Source: a virus (Duplodnaviria > Caudoviricetes). Taken from it: a DNA stretch of 28,912 nucleotides. Of this stretch, positions 17,060 through 25,877 are shown piece by piece. Position 1 is the first letter of the stretch. Each line of letters starts with the position of its first letter. The notes under the pieces were generated by a model. That model made no database searches. It was not told the DNA's origin and saw only the letters and a program-made list of their open reading frames with translations. Location: positions 1 to 28,912 of IMG/VR virus record IMGVR_UViG_3300017909_001121; one strand, 5' to 3'. The position numbers were made by a program, and so were the translations under genes.

Positions 17060-19845
17060 TGCCTATTCCCGGTAACGGCCCTATACAGTTCACAGACATC
17101 CAAGAAGAATTCGGCGGAACAAATCCTATCGGGATGGACGAGTATATCCGTGGCTATGCTAACAGCGATTATGTTTTTTTCGATGCTACAACTAGTGGCT
17201 CAGATATTATAATAAACAGCAACAGCGATTGGCAGAACACAGTTTGGCTAGTTCCTCGTACAAAAATTATGTTGCGAACAGCCACAACAGGTTGGGGTGC
17301 AGGTACAATCGCATTTTCCAGTTCAAATCACACAGGAAGTACAGATGTTATTAATGACGGAGCAATAGGACCTCCGGCTGGCTCGAATGATAGTATGGGT
17401 TTAGATTTGACCAATTCTTATTTTGATGACAAGATGAGTACTGATGGTTCCACTATAAGTTTTTATGTAAAATCATTATCTAGTCCACAGATGTCATGGA
17501 GGTTCTGTATAATTGAACCACCTTCAGGAGGTTATCAAGTAAATTCAGGACAGCCTGAGAGTAGAATTACAATAAGTCCTAACATCATTGGAGGATCAGA
17601 AACTGTATTAACCAACAGTGGAGCCTATTCAGCCATCGCAAGTCAAACAGAATGGGGATCACTTTTACTCAACGGCCAATCAATGAGTTTTAAATTAACT
17701 GCATCTGCACTTCCTAATTTATATCAGTTTGGTTCTTATGTATATTTTTATGTTCCGATATGGACTGCTACTCCTAACACATCTACGACAGGATACAATT
17801 ATACATCTCCGGTAGCCGCATATTGGCAAGGATCTAGTTATGTGGGTGGTAATGGTGCTTATGCTAATACTGCCACTGGTGTTGCACAATATCTTGACAC
17901 CATAAGCGGCACTTCTCCAAACTTCGGTTCTACCATGAGCCTTTCAACAAGTAGGTCAGGTAGTGTAGTGACATTTACATTGACTAACAATGGACCTACT
18001 AGACTGATAGGTAGATATGATTTGGCTGGAACAAATAGATATAGTTGCTGTAACATAGGATATACAGATGCCAATACAGCATCTACCTTAATCAGTAGTA
18101 GTACAACCTGGGGTGATCCACACGTGAGACAATACTATGGAGGTAAACTTTGGGGTAAAATAGATTTTAGCATCACAGCAGGTGGCAACACTGAAAACAC
18201 TTATCTAAACTTTGGACCATGTGCCAATGGTGCTAACCAAACTTCTGTAATGCAGACTATAATAGATGCAACAACCAGGTGGGGCGACACAATTAGAGAT
18301 CCTAACCCAGGTACCACCTCAGTAAAAGAGTTTCCGTTTATGAAATGTGAACAGGATGGTAATGACCTAGTGTTTACTAACAATATGTATACATATGGTA
18401 AGATGTCAGCAACTGTATCATTTTATGATACTTGTATAGCAAAAGATACTACTAGTGATACTGCTGACAGTGGTGCACAAAATACAGCGATGTTTGGTAG
18501 CACAAGAGGTATTGATAGTCAAGATAAAAGTAATATTAACATTCCTTTGGTAAAGAAAAATATACAGTTGTATAATTTTAAAAATGCACGTAAGTCACCA
18601 AAAGAAGGATTTGCTATAATGCAAGAGTTTTCGGGTGGCGGGTCTAATAGATTTGACTTTGGGGAAACCACAGGCGTTGCATTAGATAACTCAAACAAAA
18701 TATTTGGTCAACCTAGTTTAAAATTTGATGGTACACAGGCCGCTGATGCTGTTGTTACCATGTATGAAAATACGGCTACGCCTGGTACACCTCCTAATGC
18801 TTCATATACAGTTGAAGCATGGATACAGACAGACGGGTCTTCTAGTTTCACACCATTTGAATTTGGCTATGAAACAAATTCCTTATACACTGGTTGGCAT
18901 TATAATCTTAACTCTACAGGTCAAACAATTATGGCATTTGATAACTCTAATGTTAACACTAATGCCAGTCAAAGTTTGACTACAAGTTATACAAGACCAG
19001 ACATAAATTCTATGACATTAATGCAGGGTAGAGACGCAGGTACTATGGGAGGTTTGAATGATCATGAATTTTGGTGGCAAACTTATCTAGGACGCATATT
19101 CATAAAAAACAGTGATATAGAGCCACCAAATCCTAGTAGTACTGCTTTTCGTTATGACAATGATTATTCTTTATGGTTCAGTAAACAAGATAAAACACCT
19201 TTCTTTGCTCTTAAACCTGTAGCAGGATCTAATCTAACTGCTCATAAATTTTTTATACGCGAAAGCGATGGCAGTATAGCAACTCAACCTGGTGATGTGG
19301 AGTTTTACGAACCAGCATATGACATGGTTGCTTATCCACCTTCTTTGGTAGAGGATATAAAAAATGCCGCTGATTATAGTGCTAAAACGGCACTGGTGAA
19401 TGCTCATTTTGCCACACTTCCTTATACTGAAACAGATCCAGGTCATCCCGATGCGTTGCTTTACCTAACTAAAAATGGCCCTATTACAACTCACTCAGGA
19501 CCTGAGCCTAACAAGTGGCACTATGTATGGTTTGAAGTAGACAATAATGGCACAGGCAGTGGTTATAATAGAATAGTATATCAAGGCGTAGATGGAGTAG
19601 TGCGTACATTTCTTAATACAAGTGGCTATGAACAAAATACTGCTCCACAATGGATATCACTAGGAGGACTAAAAGGACCTAAAGGATTTACACTTACTGA
19701 CAATGACACAGTAGGTGGTAATGTAGGCCCAATAAGAATAACCAATGGCAAAAGATTTAATGGAGTGGCTCAGACTGCTCCTACGAGTGATTTTGTTCTA
19801 GACGGATTCACTATTAAAATTATAAGACCACAGGAGAAACCATAA
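17059..19845 (+). CDS. Putative distal fibre adhesin / receptor-binding protein with C-terminal LamG/ConA-like domain
   Basis: TAATG-coupled to the S74 fibre. N-terminal GPIQFTDIQEEFGGTNPIGMDEY module, typical of genes following such fibres. SLKFDG/YTVEAWI/NKWHYV/IRITNG lectin-fold motifs. Confidence 0.7.
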   Translation: MPIPGNGPIQFTDIQEEFGGTNPIGMDEYIRGYANSDYVFFDATTSGSDIIINSNSDWQNTVWLVPRTKIMLRTATTGWGAGTIAFSSSNHTGSTDVINDGAIGPPAGSNDSMGLDLTNSYFDDKMSTDGSTISFYVKSLSSPQMSWRFCIIEPPSGGYQVNSGQPESRITISPNIIGGSETVLTNSGAYSAIASQTEWGSLLLNGQSMSFKLTASALPNLYQFGSYVYFYVPIWTATPNTSTTGYNYTSPVAAYWQGSSYVGGNGAYANTATGVAQYLDTISGTSPNFGSTMSLSTSRSGSVVTFTLTNNGPTRLIGRYDLAGTNRYSCCNIGYTDANTASTLISSSTTWGDPHVRQYYGGKLWGKIDFSITAGGNTENTYLNFGPCANGANQTSVMQTIIDATTRWGDTIRDPNPGTTSVKEFPFMKCEQDGNDLVFTNNMYTYGKMSATVSFYDTCIAKDTTSDTADSGAQNTAMFGSTRGIDSQDKSNINIPLVKKNIQLYNFKNARKSPKEGFAIMQEFSGGGSNRFDFGETTGVALDNSNKIFGQPSLKFDGTQAADAVVTMYENTATPGTPPNASYTVEAWIQTDGSSSFTPFEFGYETNSLYTGWHYNLNSTGQTIMAFDNSNVNTNASQSLTTSYTRPDINSMTLMQGRDAGTMGGLNDHEFWWQTYLGRIFIKNSDIEPPNPSSTAFRYDNDYSLWFSKQDKTPFFALKPVAGSNLTAHKFFIRESDGSIATQPGDVEFYEPAYDMVAYPPSLVEDIKNAADYSAKTALVNAHFATLPYTETDPGHPDALLYLTKNGPITTHSGPEPNKWHYVWFEVDNNGTGSGYNRIVYQGVDGVVRTFLNTSGYEQNTAPQWISLGGLKGPKGFTLTDNDTVGGNVGPIRITNGKRFNGVAQTAPTSDFVLDGFTIKIIRPQEKP

Positions 19846-19988
19846 TGTCCGACAAAGATATAATTTACAAACAGGCAGTACCCCCAATGACTCCTTTACA
19901 GCCAAGCCAAGATCCAGAGCCAAGTGAATTACCTGCTCCTATGCCTTTTCCTACTTTACCTGATGATACCTTGCCACCGCAAGATTAA
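19845..19988 (+). CDS. Proline-rich 47-aa peptide (not in ORF track)
   Basis: TAATG overlap plus AGGAG SD. MSDKDIIYKQAVPPMTPLQPSQDPEPSELPAPMPFPTLPDDTLPPQD has 13 Pro and exactly fills the gap to the convergent gene. Confidence 0.6.
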   Translation: MSDKDIIYKQAVPPMTPLQPSQDPEPSELPAPMPFPTLPDDTLPPQD

Positions 19989-20269
19989 AGATTACGCATA
20001 TCCTTGCGTATGTTTTTAAGTTCTTTAACTATACTATCAAACTTTTGTTTATTGCTGTCTAGTAATTTTACCAATGATTTAACAGCATAAATTACCCACC
20101 ACCACCAAAAGAATGCTGTGGTACCAAAGCCTACAGCAATAGCAATAATAATATAATCTTTATAAGTTGATAAGTCTGTTGTGAGTACTAATCCTATTAG
20201 TAATAATGCTGAGAGGGGTGCTACTCTACCAATCCACGCCCAAACAGAAACCTGTTTGTCTAGTTTCAT
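19985..20269 (-). CDS. Two-TM membrane protein with basic coiled-coil tail (holin-like topology)
   Basis: Two hydrophobic helices, a WWWW run, a charged C-terminus and SD AGGAG. Confidence 0.65.
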   Translation of the reverse strand: MKLDKQVSVWAWIGRVAPLSALLLIGLVLTTDLSTYKDYIIIAIAVGFGTTAFFWWWWVIYAVKSLVKLLDSNKQKFDSIVKELKNIRKDMRNL

Positions 20270-20270
20270 T

Positions 20271-21389
20271 TTATGCTCCTATTGTACCGAATGGTTTCCA
20301 TTCACCAGGTGTACCATCTCGAACACAGACCCAACCAACATAACCTGTTGGAGTCGGATTTTGGTTCCAAATAATATCGCCTTTTGAATAAATCCCTGTT
20401 GTTGGCAGTTCTGTACCTACTTCAAATTTCTTGTTCTGTACCTTTAACACTCCACCAACGGCAAGAGAAACATCTGGATTATTAACCCCTATTCCTACCT
20501 TTCCTTTGAAAGTTGTAATTGAATCGTTTTCTAAGCCTATTTCTATTTTGCCAGTTGCCTGTATTTTTATTCTTGGTGTATCATCTGTTATTATTTCTAA
20601 GTCATGTGTTGTATGTGTTCCTGCCTTTACACTATTGTAATCAGGATCAACAATATACTCTACTTCATTACTGCAAACACTTAATTGTCCGTTTGCCGCT
20701 TCAGTACCAATACCTAAACGCATTTGGTCACCATCATAGAATATAAACTGATCTATTACAAGACTGCCTTCTGTTTTAAGATTTTGTAAAGTGCCTACAG
20801 TTCTTAGACTACTGCGTTCTACATCGGCACCTAATTCATTCTGTGAAAGCACTGAACGATTGTCAATCATATAAGACTTACCACCTAATAAATCAAAGTC
20901 TTCACTGGACCATAATCTATCTGGGTTGGCTTGTATAACAAGTTGTCTTGTATGTTCTACTCCAGTCCATAACAAACCTTTACCGTACAAACTATTGTCT
21001 GCACAATCAAATGTTAAAGGACTTGTTCTTTCGTTTCTGACATCTGCTTCTAATACATTAGTTTCTATTCTCTGTGCTTTTACAGTACCAACTACCATCA
21101 AGTCTTTTTCAACTTCAACATCACCTAGAAGTTTAACTGTATCAATTGTATCAACTGATATCTTATTGTTTTCTACTATTAAACTTTGTCTTGATGCTCT
21201 GTCTTGGATACCCACACTACTAAAAGAACTAATAGTGCCACCATGCACAATGTCTCCACTTATCTCATCATTAGCATAAGTAGGCTTAGGCATAGTTCTA
21301 TGTGCAATAGTTTCAATGGCTTCGCCTAGTTGACTTAGGCCATTTTTTACTGCTAAAATTTCAGAATCTTGGATATCATTCGTGCTCAT
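20271..21389 (-). CDS. Virion structural protein, tail fibre/spike-like
   Basis: RLGIGTEA and VGIGVNNP repeats. C-terminal GDIIWNQNP...GYVGWVC..GTPGEWKPFG module. Preceded by a late promoter. Confidence 0.7.
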   Translation of the reverse strand: MSTNDIQDSEILAVKNGLSQLGEAIETIAHRTMPKPTYANDEISGDIVHGGTISSFSSVGIQDRASRQSLIVENNKISVDTIDTVKLLGDVEVEKDLMVVGTVKAQRIETNVLEADVRNERTSPLTFDCADNSLYGKGLLWTGVEHTRQLVIQANPDRLWSSEDFDLLGGKSYMIDNRSVLSQNELGADVERSSLRTVGTLQNLKTEGSLVIDQFIFYDGDQMRLGIGTEAANGQLSVCSNEVEYIVDPDYNSVKAGTHTTHDLEIITDDTPRIKIQATGKIEIGLENDSITTFKGKVGIGVNNPDVSLAVGGVLKVQNKKFEVGTELPTTGIYSKGDIIWNQNPTPTGYVGWVCVRDGTPGEWKPFGTIGA

Positions 21390-21394
21390 ACTAT

Positions 21395-21401
21395 TATTTA
21401 T
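21395..21401 (-). promoter_or_regulatory. Late promoter ATAAATA, 5 nt before the ATG at 21389
   Basis: Minus strand reads GATAAATA-ATAGT-ATG, with no SD. Confidence 0.68.
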
Positions 21402-21409
21402 CCAAACAA

Positions 21410-22708
21410 TTATAGGATTGCTTTTAACAAAATAGTATCAGGATTTATTCTACCGTTTAATTTGATGTCTACTGCATTGATATCATCTAGGAATGTAGTA
21501 ACTTTACGTGGGCCACAAGCAGAAAATTCTTTAATTTTTTCTTCAGGTTTTCTTAAAGTTTTTTGTATACTTTTTTCTTCATTGAACCCTGTTATAGTTG
21601 TACCTTTAACACCTAACCCGCTACCTTCTCTGCCTTGGTGCATAGGGTCTATGTTCTGTGCAATATATCTACCTAGTTTTCTTGTTTTAACATTGAACAC
21701 CCATAGTTCACTAGCATAGATTATATCTTGTGGGTTGATACTTACTATTTGAAACTTATCATTATTAAGTGCGTACTTTAATTTAGCCACCATTTTCTCT
21801 TTACTGCGAATACGTTTACGTGGCTTTCTATTTGCTTTTGCAGTTAGGATAATAACATCTAAAGCACCCATTACGTGTTCATATGCTTTTAGTTTAGTAT
21901 CTATCTGCTTCTTAGTGAATGGACTATATGCTTCTTTTATCTGCTCCCATTCATCTTTTTCATCTTCTGGCATTTTGCTAATAGTAGCATTTGAAGGAAT
22001 ATTTGATACTAGTTTAAATTCATCTATTTCTGGTTGATAGAACTCTTTCATTTTACGTGCATGAGCCTGTGTGCAACTTACATCTTTAAGGTGTTTGGAT
22101 ACATCAAATCCTTTATGACTAAATTTATCATAGTCTTCTAACCAAGTGTCTAACCAAACATCAATTTTTTCCATTTGAATATAGACTTGCTGTTTGATAC
22201 GTTCTTGGATAGATGGTTTTGCCGCTTCTTTGCGTTTTTCTTTTTCTTCCTCTATCTTTTTCTCTTCAATCATACGTTCTGCTTGTATGTATAGTTCCTT
22301 TAAAGTTTTATTTACAAATTCTGAAATAGGTTTAGGCGTACCCATAGTGCCTGCCAACCCTTCCCAATATACATTATACTTCTCAAATACATCGGGACAA
22401 CCAAGATTAAGCAGTCTGCAACACCCACCAACAGTAGCATGAAACCTACTTTCAGGAACTTTACTTAATGTTTTTGCTTTGTCCTTCCAAGTTTCATCTG
22501 CTTTGGCCCATTCCAAAACCCATCGTTTATAGTCTGCATTCTTGTAGTCTAGTCTATAACAATCAAGTGCAGATCCTTTTCTCCTACTGTATTGTTCGCC
22601 AGTAAGTTCTAATGCATCATCCCATTTAGGTTCAGTGCTTTTAGTACTCGACCTACGAATAATTTTCTTTTTTCTTCGGGGTGCCCCTTTGAGCAGGCTC
22701 TTACCCAT
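21410..22708 (-). CDS. Hypothetical phage protein (about 432 aa, Lys-rich)
   Basis: Long ORF. Start placed at the ATG at 22708 after a GGAG SD. No function recognised. Confidence 0.75.
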   Translation of the reverse strand: MGKSLLKGAPRRKKKIIRRSSTKSTEPKWDDALELTGEQYSRRKGSALDCYRLDYKNADYKRWVLEWAKADETWKDKAKTLSKVPESRFHATVGGCCRLLNLGCPDVFEKYNVYWEGLAGTMGTPKPISEFVNKTLKELYIQAERMIEEKKIEEEKEKRKEAAKPSIQERIKQQVYIQMEKIDVWLDTWLEDYDKFSHKGFDVSKHLKDVSCTQAHARKMKEFYQPEIDEFKLVSNIPSNATISKMPEDEKDEWEQIKEAYSPFTKKQIDTKLKAYEHVMGALDVIILTAKANRKPRKRIRSKEKMVAKLKYALNNDKFQIVSINPQDIIYASELWVFNVKTRKLGRYIAQNIDPMHQGREGSGLGVKGTTITGFNEEKSIQKTLRKPEEKIKEFSACGPRKVTTFLDDINAVDIKLNGRINPDTILLKAIL

Positions 22709-22740
22709 AATTATACTCTCCAATGCTGATCGATAATGTA

Positions 22741-22768
22741 ACTATATAGCCTTTTGCCTTAAAGTCAA
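22741..22768 (-). promoter_or_regulatory. Sigma70-type promoter
   Basis: TTGACT-16 nt-TATAGT in an intergenic gap. Confidence 0.6.
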
Positions 22769-22783
22769 CATAAAAAAGAAGAT

Positions 22784-22982
22784 TTATCCTATCTTTTTTA
22801 TCTTTTGTGCCTTCTTTGGTGCTAATTGGTCTTTGATGTGTTGTGTGTCAAATCCCATCATCTTTATTATTTTATTATTGACGGTGACTTGATAACTGTA
22901 AGGTGGTCCGTCATACTTAAATTTAAGGTTAAAGTATTCTGGTATGTTACTTTGTGAAGTATTTCTTTTTGTACCACTCATA
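22784..22982 (-). CDS. Small hypothetical protein, start uncertain
   Basis: Open frame filling the gap (...IPEYFNLKFKYDGPPYSYQV...KKIG). The nearest upstream in-frame ATG overlaps the preceding gene. Confidence 0.4.
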
Positions 22983-23156
22983 GAATGCTTTATCTGTAAA
23001 ATATTCTGCAATATGTGATGCTGGAACTTGATCACTTCTAATACAATCTGCAAGGCTTTGATATTCGTAAGTGTCTACTTTACGAGTCATTTTTTTGTCC
23101 TTGAAGTTTTCAGCCAAAGTTCTCACCATCCTATCATTCTTTGTTTGTCTGTTCAC
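22947..23156 (-). CDS. Hypothetical protein, 69 aa
   Basis: GTG start with GGAG SD; ADCIRSDQVP motif. Confidence 0.65.
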   Translation of the reverse strand: MNRQTKNDRMVRTLAENFKDKKMTRKVDTYEYQSLADCIRSDQVPASHIAEYFTDKAFYEWYKKKYFTK

Positions 23157-23235
23157 TTTCTTTCTCCATTACATGGAAGAAGACCATGAAAAATATCACG
23201 GTCACTACCATTCCGATAAAAAATAATCCTATCAT
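23134..23235 (-). CDS. 33-aa single-TM peptide (not in ORF track)
   Basis: ATGA overlap with the upstream stop; MIGLFFIGMVVTVIFFMVFFHVMEKESEQTNKE. Confidence 0.55.
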   Translation of the reverse strand: MIGLFFIGMVVTVIFFMVFFHVMEKESEQTNKE

Positions 23236-23603
23236 TCGTGCTCCCCGCCTGGATCATTCTTATCATAATACACTTTACGTGGGTTACCATGCTTATCATG
23301 ATATATGGTATAACCCCTTGATCGTCCATATGAATGATATGAACCAAATGCCCACGGCCTATGTTCTGCCATCTTAAATGTACCAACAGTAACTACAACT
23401 GCCGCAATAAAAAGAACGTGTACAATAGCACTAATACCAAATGCATATACACTTTCTGCGATAGCAATAGAAAATACTGCTGACCACATAAATGCTAATA
23501 CCTGCATAATCATATGCCTAACGTGTAGGTCTGGAATATTACGAAGCGGATTAACTTTTGCGTTCATAATATGATCCCAACAATTTACAACAAAATTTCT
23601 CAT
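23232..23603 (-). CDS. Membrane protein, 123 aa, two TM helices
   Basis: NPLRNIPD...HMIMQVLAFMWS; TAATG-coupled start. Confidence 0.7.
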   Translation of the reverse strand: MRNFVVNCWDHIMNAKVNPLRNIPDLHVRHMIMQVLAFMWSAVFSIAIAESVYAFGISAIVHVLFIAAVVVTVGTFKMAEHRPWAFGSYHSYGRSRGYTIYHDKHGNPRKVYYDKNDPGGEHE

Positions 23604-23734
23604 TACATAAACCTTTCTATAACTGCTTCAATAGTGATGTAAAGTCCGTATCCAAAAACTGATAGTAACACAAGGCCACCTACAATTTCAATACTATCCA
23701 AGTCGTCCCAAAATTTTTGTTTTAGAGTTTTCAT
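23603..23734 (-). CDS. 43-aa single-TM peptide (not in ORF track)
   Basis: TAATG overlaps at both ends; MKTLKQKFWDDLDSIEIVGGLVLLSVFGYGLYITIEAVIERFM. Confidence 0.65.
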   Translation of the reverse strand: MKTLKQKFWDDLDSIEIVGGLVLLSVFGYGLYITIEAVIERFM

Positions 23735-25068
23735 TAGATCTTTTCTCCTTCTGCAAATCCTCTAAATGTTTTGAATCTTGGAAAACGTAAACTGTATGAA
23801 CCATCTTGGTTCTGTGTGACTGCATCTGCTCTTACTTCTGCAACCATACCAATCAGTTTATCTTTGTCTGTCCAAAATTCATCTCTCTGTGCATCTGACA
23901 GTCCACTACCAACATTAACTTTGATGTGTTTACCATCGTCTACACCTTCGCAAATCAAAGCACCCAATTTGCCAACATTTCTGCCTGTGCCTTCTTCTGT
24001 TGCTTTGACTTCCAAACTCACTTCAATAAATGGTTTTAGTTTTAACCATGCAGTAGATCTTTTACATTCATACGGTGCATCAAGATCTTTGATCATGATC
24101 CCTTCATAACCACCGTCTACAGCCGCTTTATTAACGTCTGTGTACGTGTTTTGCCCTTCTTGGGTGTCTAAGTCTACGATTTCATGTTCCAGCACTTGTA
24201 CGTGCTTTAAAATGCTTTTATTCATATCGTACCAAGCCTTAAGTGCTTCTGTTCTAAATGACTGTGGTTTGTCCCAACCACCTTTCAAAAAACTATCCAA
24301 AGGCACAAAATCGAAAAGGTGTAGTACGGCATCACCGGCATTCACATTATCTTTCCTATGTACCTGTTTCATAAGGTCTTGGAAGTTGTCACTCATTACT
24401 TCACCGTCCAAAACCAAATCATATGGTGGAGGTGTTTGTTTTACAACTTCTGCAATCTCATCACAGATGTGTCCAAAGTTATGAAACTGCTTACCATTTC
24501 TTGAAAACTGTTCTACGTTACCATCTGTTCTTACAATAGTAATAACTCTAACACCATCAAGTTTAACTTCTAACATCTTTTTGCCAAACACTTTCTTTTC
24601 GTGTTTTGCTGAATCATGTGCAAGTTGGCAAGTGAATACTGGAATAGAATATTGCGGAAACTTATTCTTTTTAGCAACATTGTTAACAGTCTTTTCACTT
24701 ACACCACAACGTAAATCTTTAATTAAGATACGTCTGTAAAAACCATTCCATTGTTCTGCTGTCGCAACTCCCATTGTAAGTTCAATAGCATCTCTGGCCG
24801 CATGACCAGTTAATTCTCTTTTGTTTAATTTTTCTGCAAGATCTTTGAATACTGTCCATGAACAACCTTGTGCTGACAGTACTTCGTTTTCTACTTTGGT
24901 AGGAACCTGCTTAACACCAAATGTGTACAATGGATCCAGTGCCATCTTAACACCTTCAAAGAACTCATCAAGTCCTTCGTTCATTGCATCTAATAATATT
25001 GATTCTTTTGCGAGACGTGAATTGTCTGCTTCTAGTTTTGCTATAACTTCTTGCGGTTGTGTTCTCAT
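23734..25068 (-). CDS. lig: ATP-dependent DNA ligase (T4 gp30-like)
   Basis: Motif I EVKLDGVR, LVLDGE, LFDFV, YEGIMIKD, WLKLKP and C-terminal SLRFPRF. Confidence 0.95.
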   Translation of the reverse strand: MRTQPQEVIAKLEADNSRLAKESILLDAMNEGLDEFFEGVKMALDPLYTFGVKQVPTKVENEVLSAQGCSWTVFKDLAEKLNKRELTGHAARDAIELTMGVATAEQWNGFYRRILIKDLRCGVSEKTVNNVAKKNKFPQYSIPVFTCQLAHDSAKHEKKVFGKKMLEVKLDGVRVITIVRTDGNVEQFSRNGKQFHNFGHICDEIAEVVKQTPPPYDLVLDGEVMSDNFQDLMKQVHRKDNVNAGDAVLHLFDFVPLDSFLKGGWDKPQSFRTEALKAWYDMNKSILKHVQVLEHEIVDLDTQEGQNTYTDVNKAAVDGGYEGIMIKDLDAPYECKRSTAWLKLKPFIEVSLEVKATEEGTGRNVGKLGALICEGVDDGKHIKVNVGSGLSDAQRDEFWTDKDKLIGMVAEVRADAVTQNQDGSYSLRFPRFKTFRGFAEGEKI

Positions 25069-25101
25069 AAATGCCTCTCTATATGCCTCATTAATAATAT
25101 T

Positions 25102-25130
25102 AATATAGTATATCTGAGACTAAATGTCAA
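25102..25130 (-). promoter_or_regulatory. Sigma70-type promoter for the ligase operon
   Basis: TTGACA-17 nt-TATATT. Confidence 0.75.
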
Positions 25131-25138
25131 CCATTATT

Positions 25139-25306
25139 TTACCAAAATCCTAATAATCTACCATTTCCTACGATAATAAAAAGGCAAGTAAGAATGTGTA
25201 ACACCACCCACCCAGTACGAATAATTGCAACCCAGTCAGACCTATTGTTATCTTTATCATATGCTTTTCCTCCTATTGCTTTGCACCATAATTCCCATAA
25301 GTTCAC
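25139..25306 (-). CDS. Small membrane protein, about 55 aa
   Basis: GTG at 25306 overlaps the upstream TAG. Reads (M)NLWELWCKAIG...IIRTGWVVLHILTCLFIIVG. Confidence 0.6.
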   Translation of the reverse strand: MNLWELWCKAIGGKAYDKDNNRSDWVAIIRTGWVVLHILTCLFIIVGNGRLLGFW

Positions 25307-25851
25307 TAAACACCTCTTACTCTCTGTCCGTTTTTGAACCATATAATGTCTTGTTTATCCATATAATTTAAAATATCCTTAATAGTGAAAGTTGTATCTT
25401 GTCTTCCTGTATTCGTATCATATTCGTCTACTAACTTTTTGAACAAAGGATGTAGTTTCTTTATATGGTTAGGTCCTATAAAAAAGTTAGCAATAGGGTA
25501 TGCTCCTGTCCTTGTCCAAAGTCCGTGACCTAGTGCTTGGTAATCATAAATTTTAGTTGAGTCTTTTAATTTACTCATATCAAACATTATTGGTTTCCAA
25601 GTGTCTATTGTAGGATCAGACTTTCTATCCCATGTGCTACTTTTTAATTCTATATTCTTTAATGTGCTTGTTACTGCATCAGCACCATGACCACCTACAG
25701 ATCTTTCAATAGTAGGAAGATACTGTTTCAAAACTTCCCTATGCATGATTTCTCTGTATTGGTAATTGTGTATTGGATTCTGCCCTGTGTCTTTGCGAAC
25801 TTCTTCTAACAATGCCAATGCTTGTTCAATTTTATCTTTATTAGTACTCAC
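25306..25851 (-). CDS. Putative PD-(D/E)xK endonuclease, PvuII-like catalytic motif
   Basis: GGHGADAV-x6-IELKS resembles the PvuII GNDAV-x6-YELKS active site. GTG start with GAGG SD. Confidence 0.55.
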   Translation of the reverse strand: MSTNKDKIEQALALLEEVRKDTGQNPIHNYQYREIMHREVLKQYLPTIERSVGGHGADAVTSTLKNIELKSSTWDRKSDPTIDTWKPIMFDMSKLKDSTKIYDYQALGHGLWTRTGAYPIANFFIGPNHIKKLHPLFKKLVDEYDTNTGRQDTTFTIKDILNYMDKQDIIWFKNGQRVRGV

Positions 25852-25877
25852 GTTAACCTCTTACCTAGTACTTATAT

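Noticed and set aside
14848-19446. Minus-strand ORFs within the plus-strand fibre cassette (e.g. 15325-15885, 16474-17103)
   Set aside because: Antisense shadows produced by the codon bias of Thr/Gly/Ala-rich genes.
20181-25108. Plus-strand ORFs opposite the 372-aa, 437-aa and ligase genes, and minus-strand 23153-23386
   Set aside because: They fully overlap better-supported genes.
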